Below, in pieces: positions 17,055 through 17,113 of a DNA stretch of 17,113 nucleotides (its first letter is position 1; each line of letters starts with the position of its first letter). The stretch lies in NCBI GenBank assembly GCA_034723415.1, contig JAYEOX010000061.1, forward strand, positions 1 to 17,113, read 5' to 3'. The notes beneath the pieces were generated by a model, which saw only the letters and a program-made list of their open reading frames with translations, made no database searches and had not been told where the DNA came from. The stretch comes from Fidelibacterota bacterium. Its GTDB lineage: Bacteria; Fidelibacterota; Fidelibacteria; Fidelibacterales; Fidelibacteraceae. The translations under genes were made by a program, and so were the position numbers.

Positions 17055-17113
17055 AATTTATTCAAATAATAAACTAAAATCAAAATTTTTAATTGAATGA
17101 GTAATCGCACCTA

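Noticed and set aside
16901..17110. 69-aa minus-strand ORF upstream of miaA
   Set aside because: It reads through the TTTCGTG repeats (ATKDTKNNTK) and has no motif. It is at the window edge, so the 3' end of a longer gene cannot be fully excluded

Overview
AT-rich (roughly 25-30% GC by eye) bacterial window. Gene content suggests a diderm of the FCB superphylum, e.g. Marinimicrobia-like (inference). The + strand carries a COG1373-type AAA+/DUF4143 ATPase, a U32/TrhP tRNA hydroxylase, an AAG-type DNA glycosylase, a CPBP protease, a hypothetical exported protein, a 50-aa DUF5989-like ORF missed by the ORF track, a degenerate SGNH+TPR protein, an S41 protease and an exbB-exbD-exbD-tonB operon. 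The - strand carries miaA, a Tyr-rich/Ser-Lys-Arg-rich lipoprotein coupled to a FadL-like outer-membrane barrel, and an NhaC-family transporter. Most genes are housekeeping or envelope genes. The most unusual part is the non-coding 1-665 region, a dense mosaic of different 7-, 8- and 9/10-bp tandem-repeat tracts with two nested long-range inverted repeats and a 17-bp direct repeat. Related motifs recur on both sides of miaA, and another 10-bp tract follows trhP, suggesting a dispersed family of small repeat-bounded elements.
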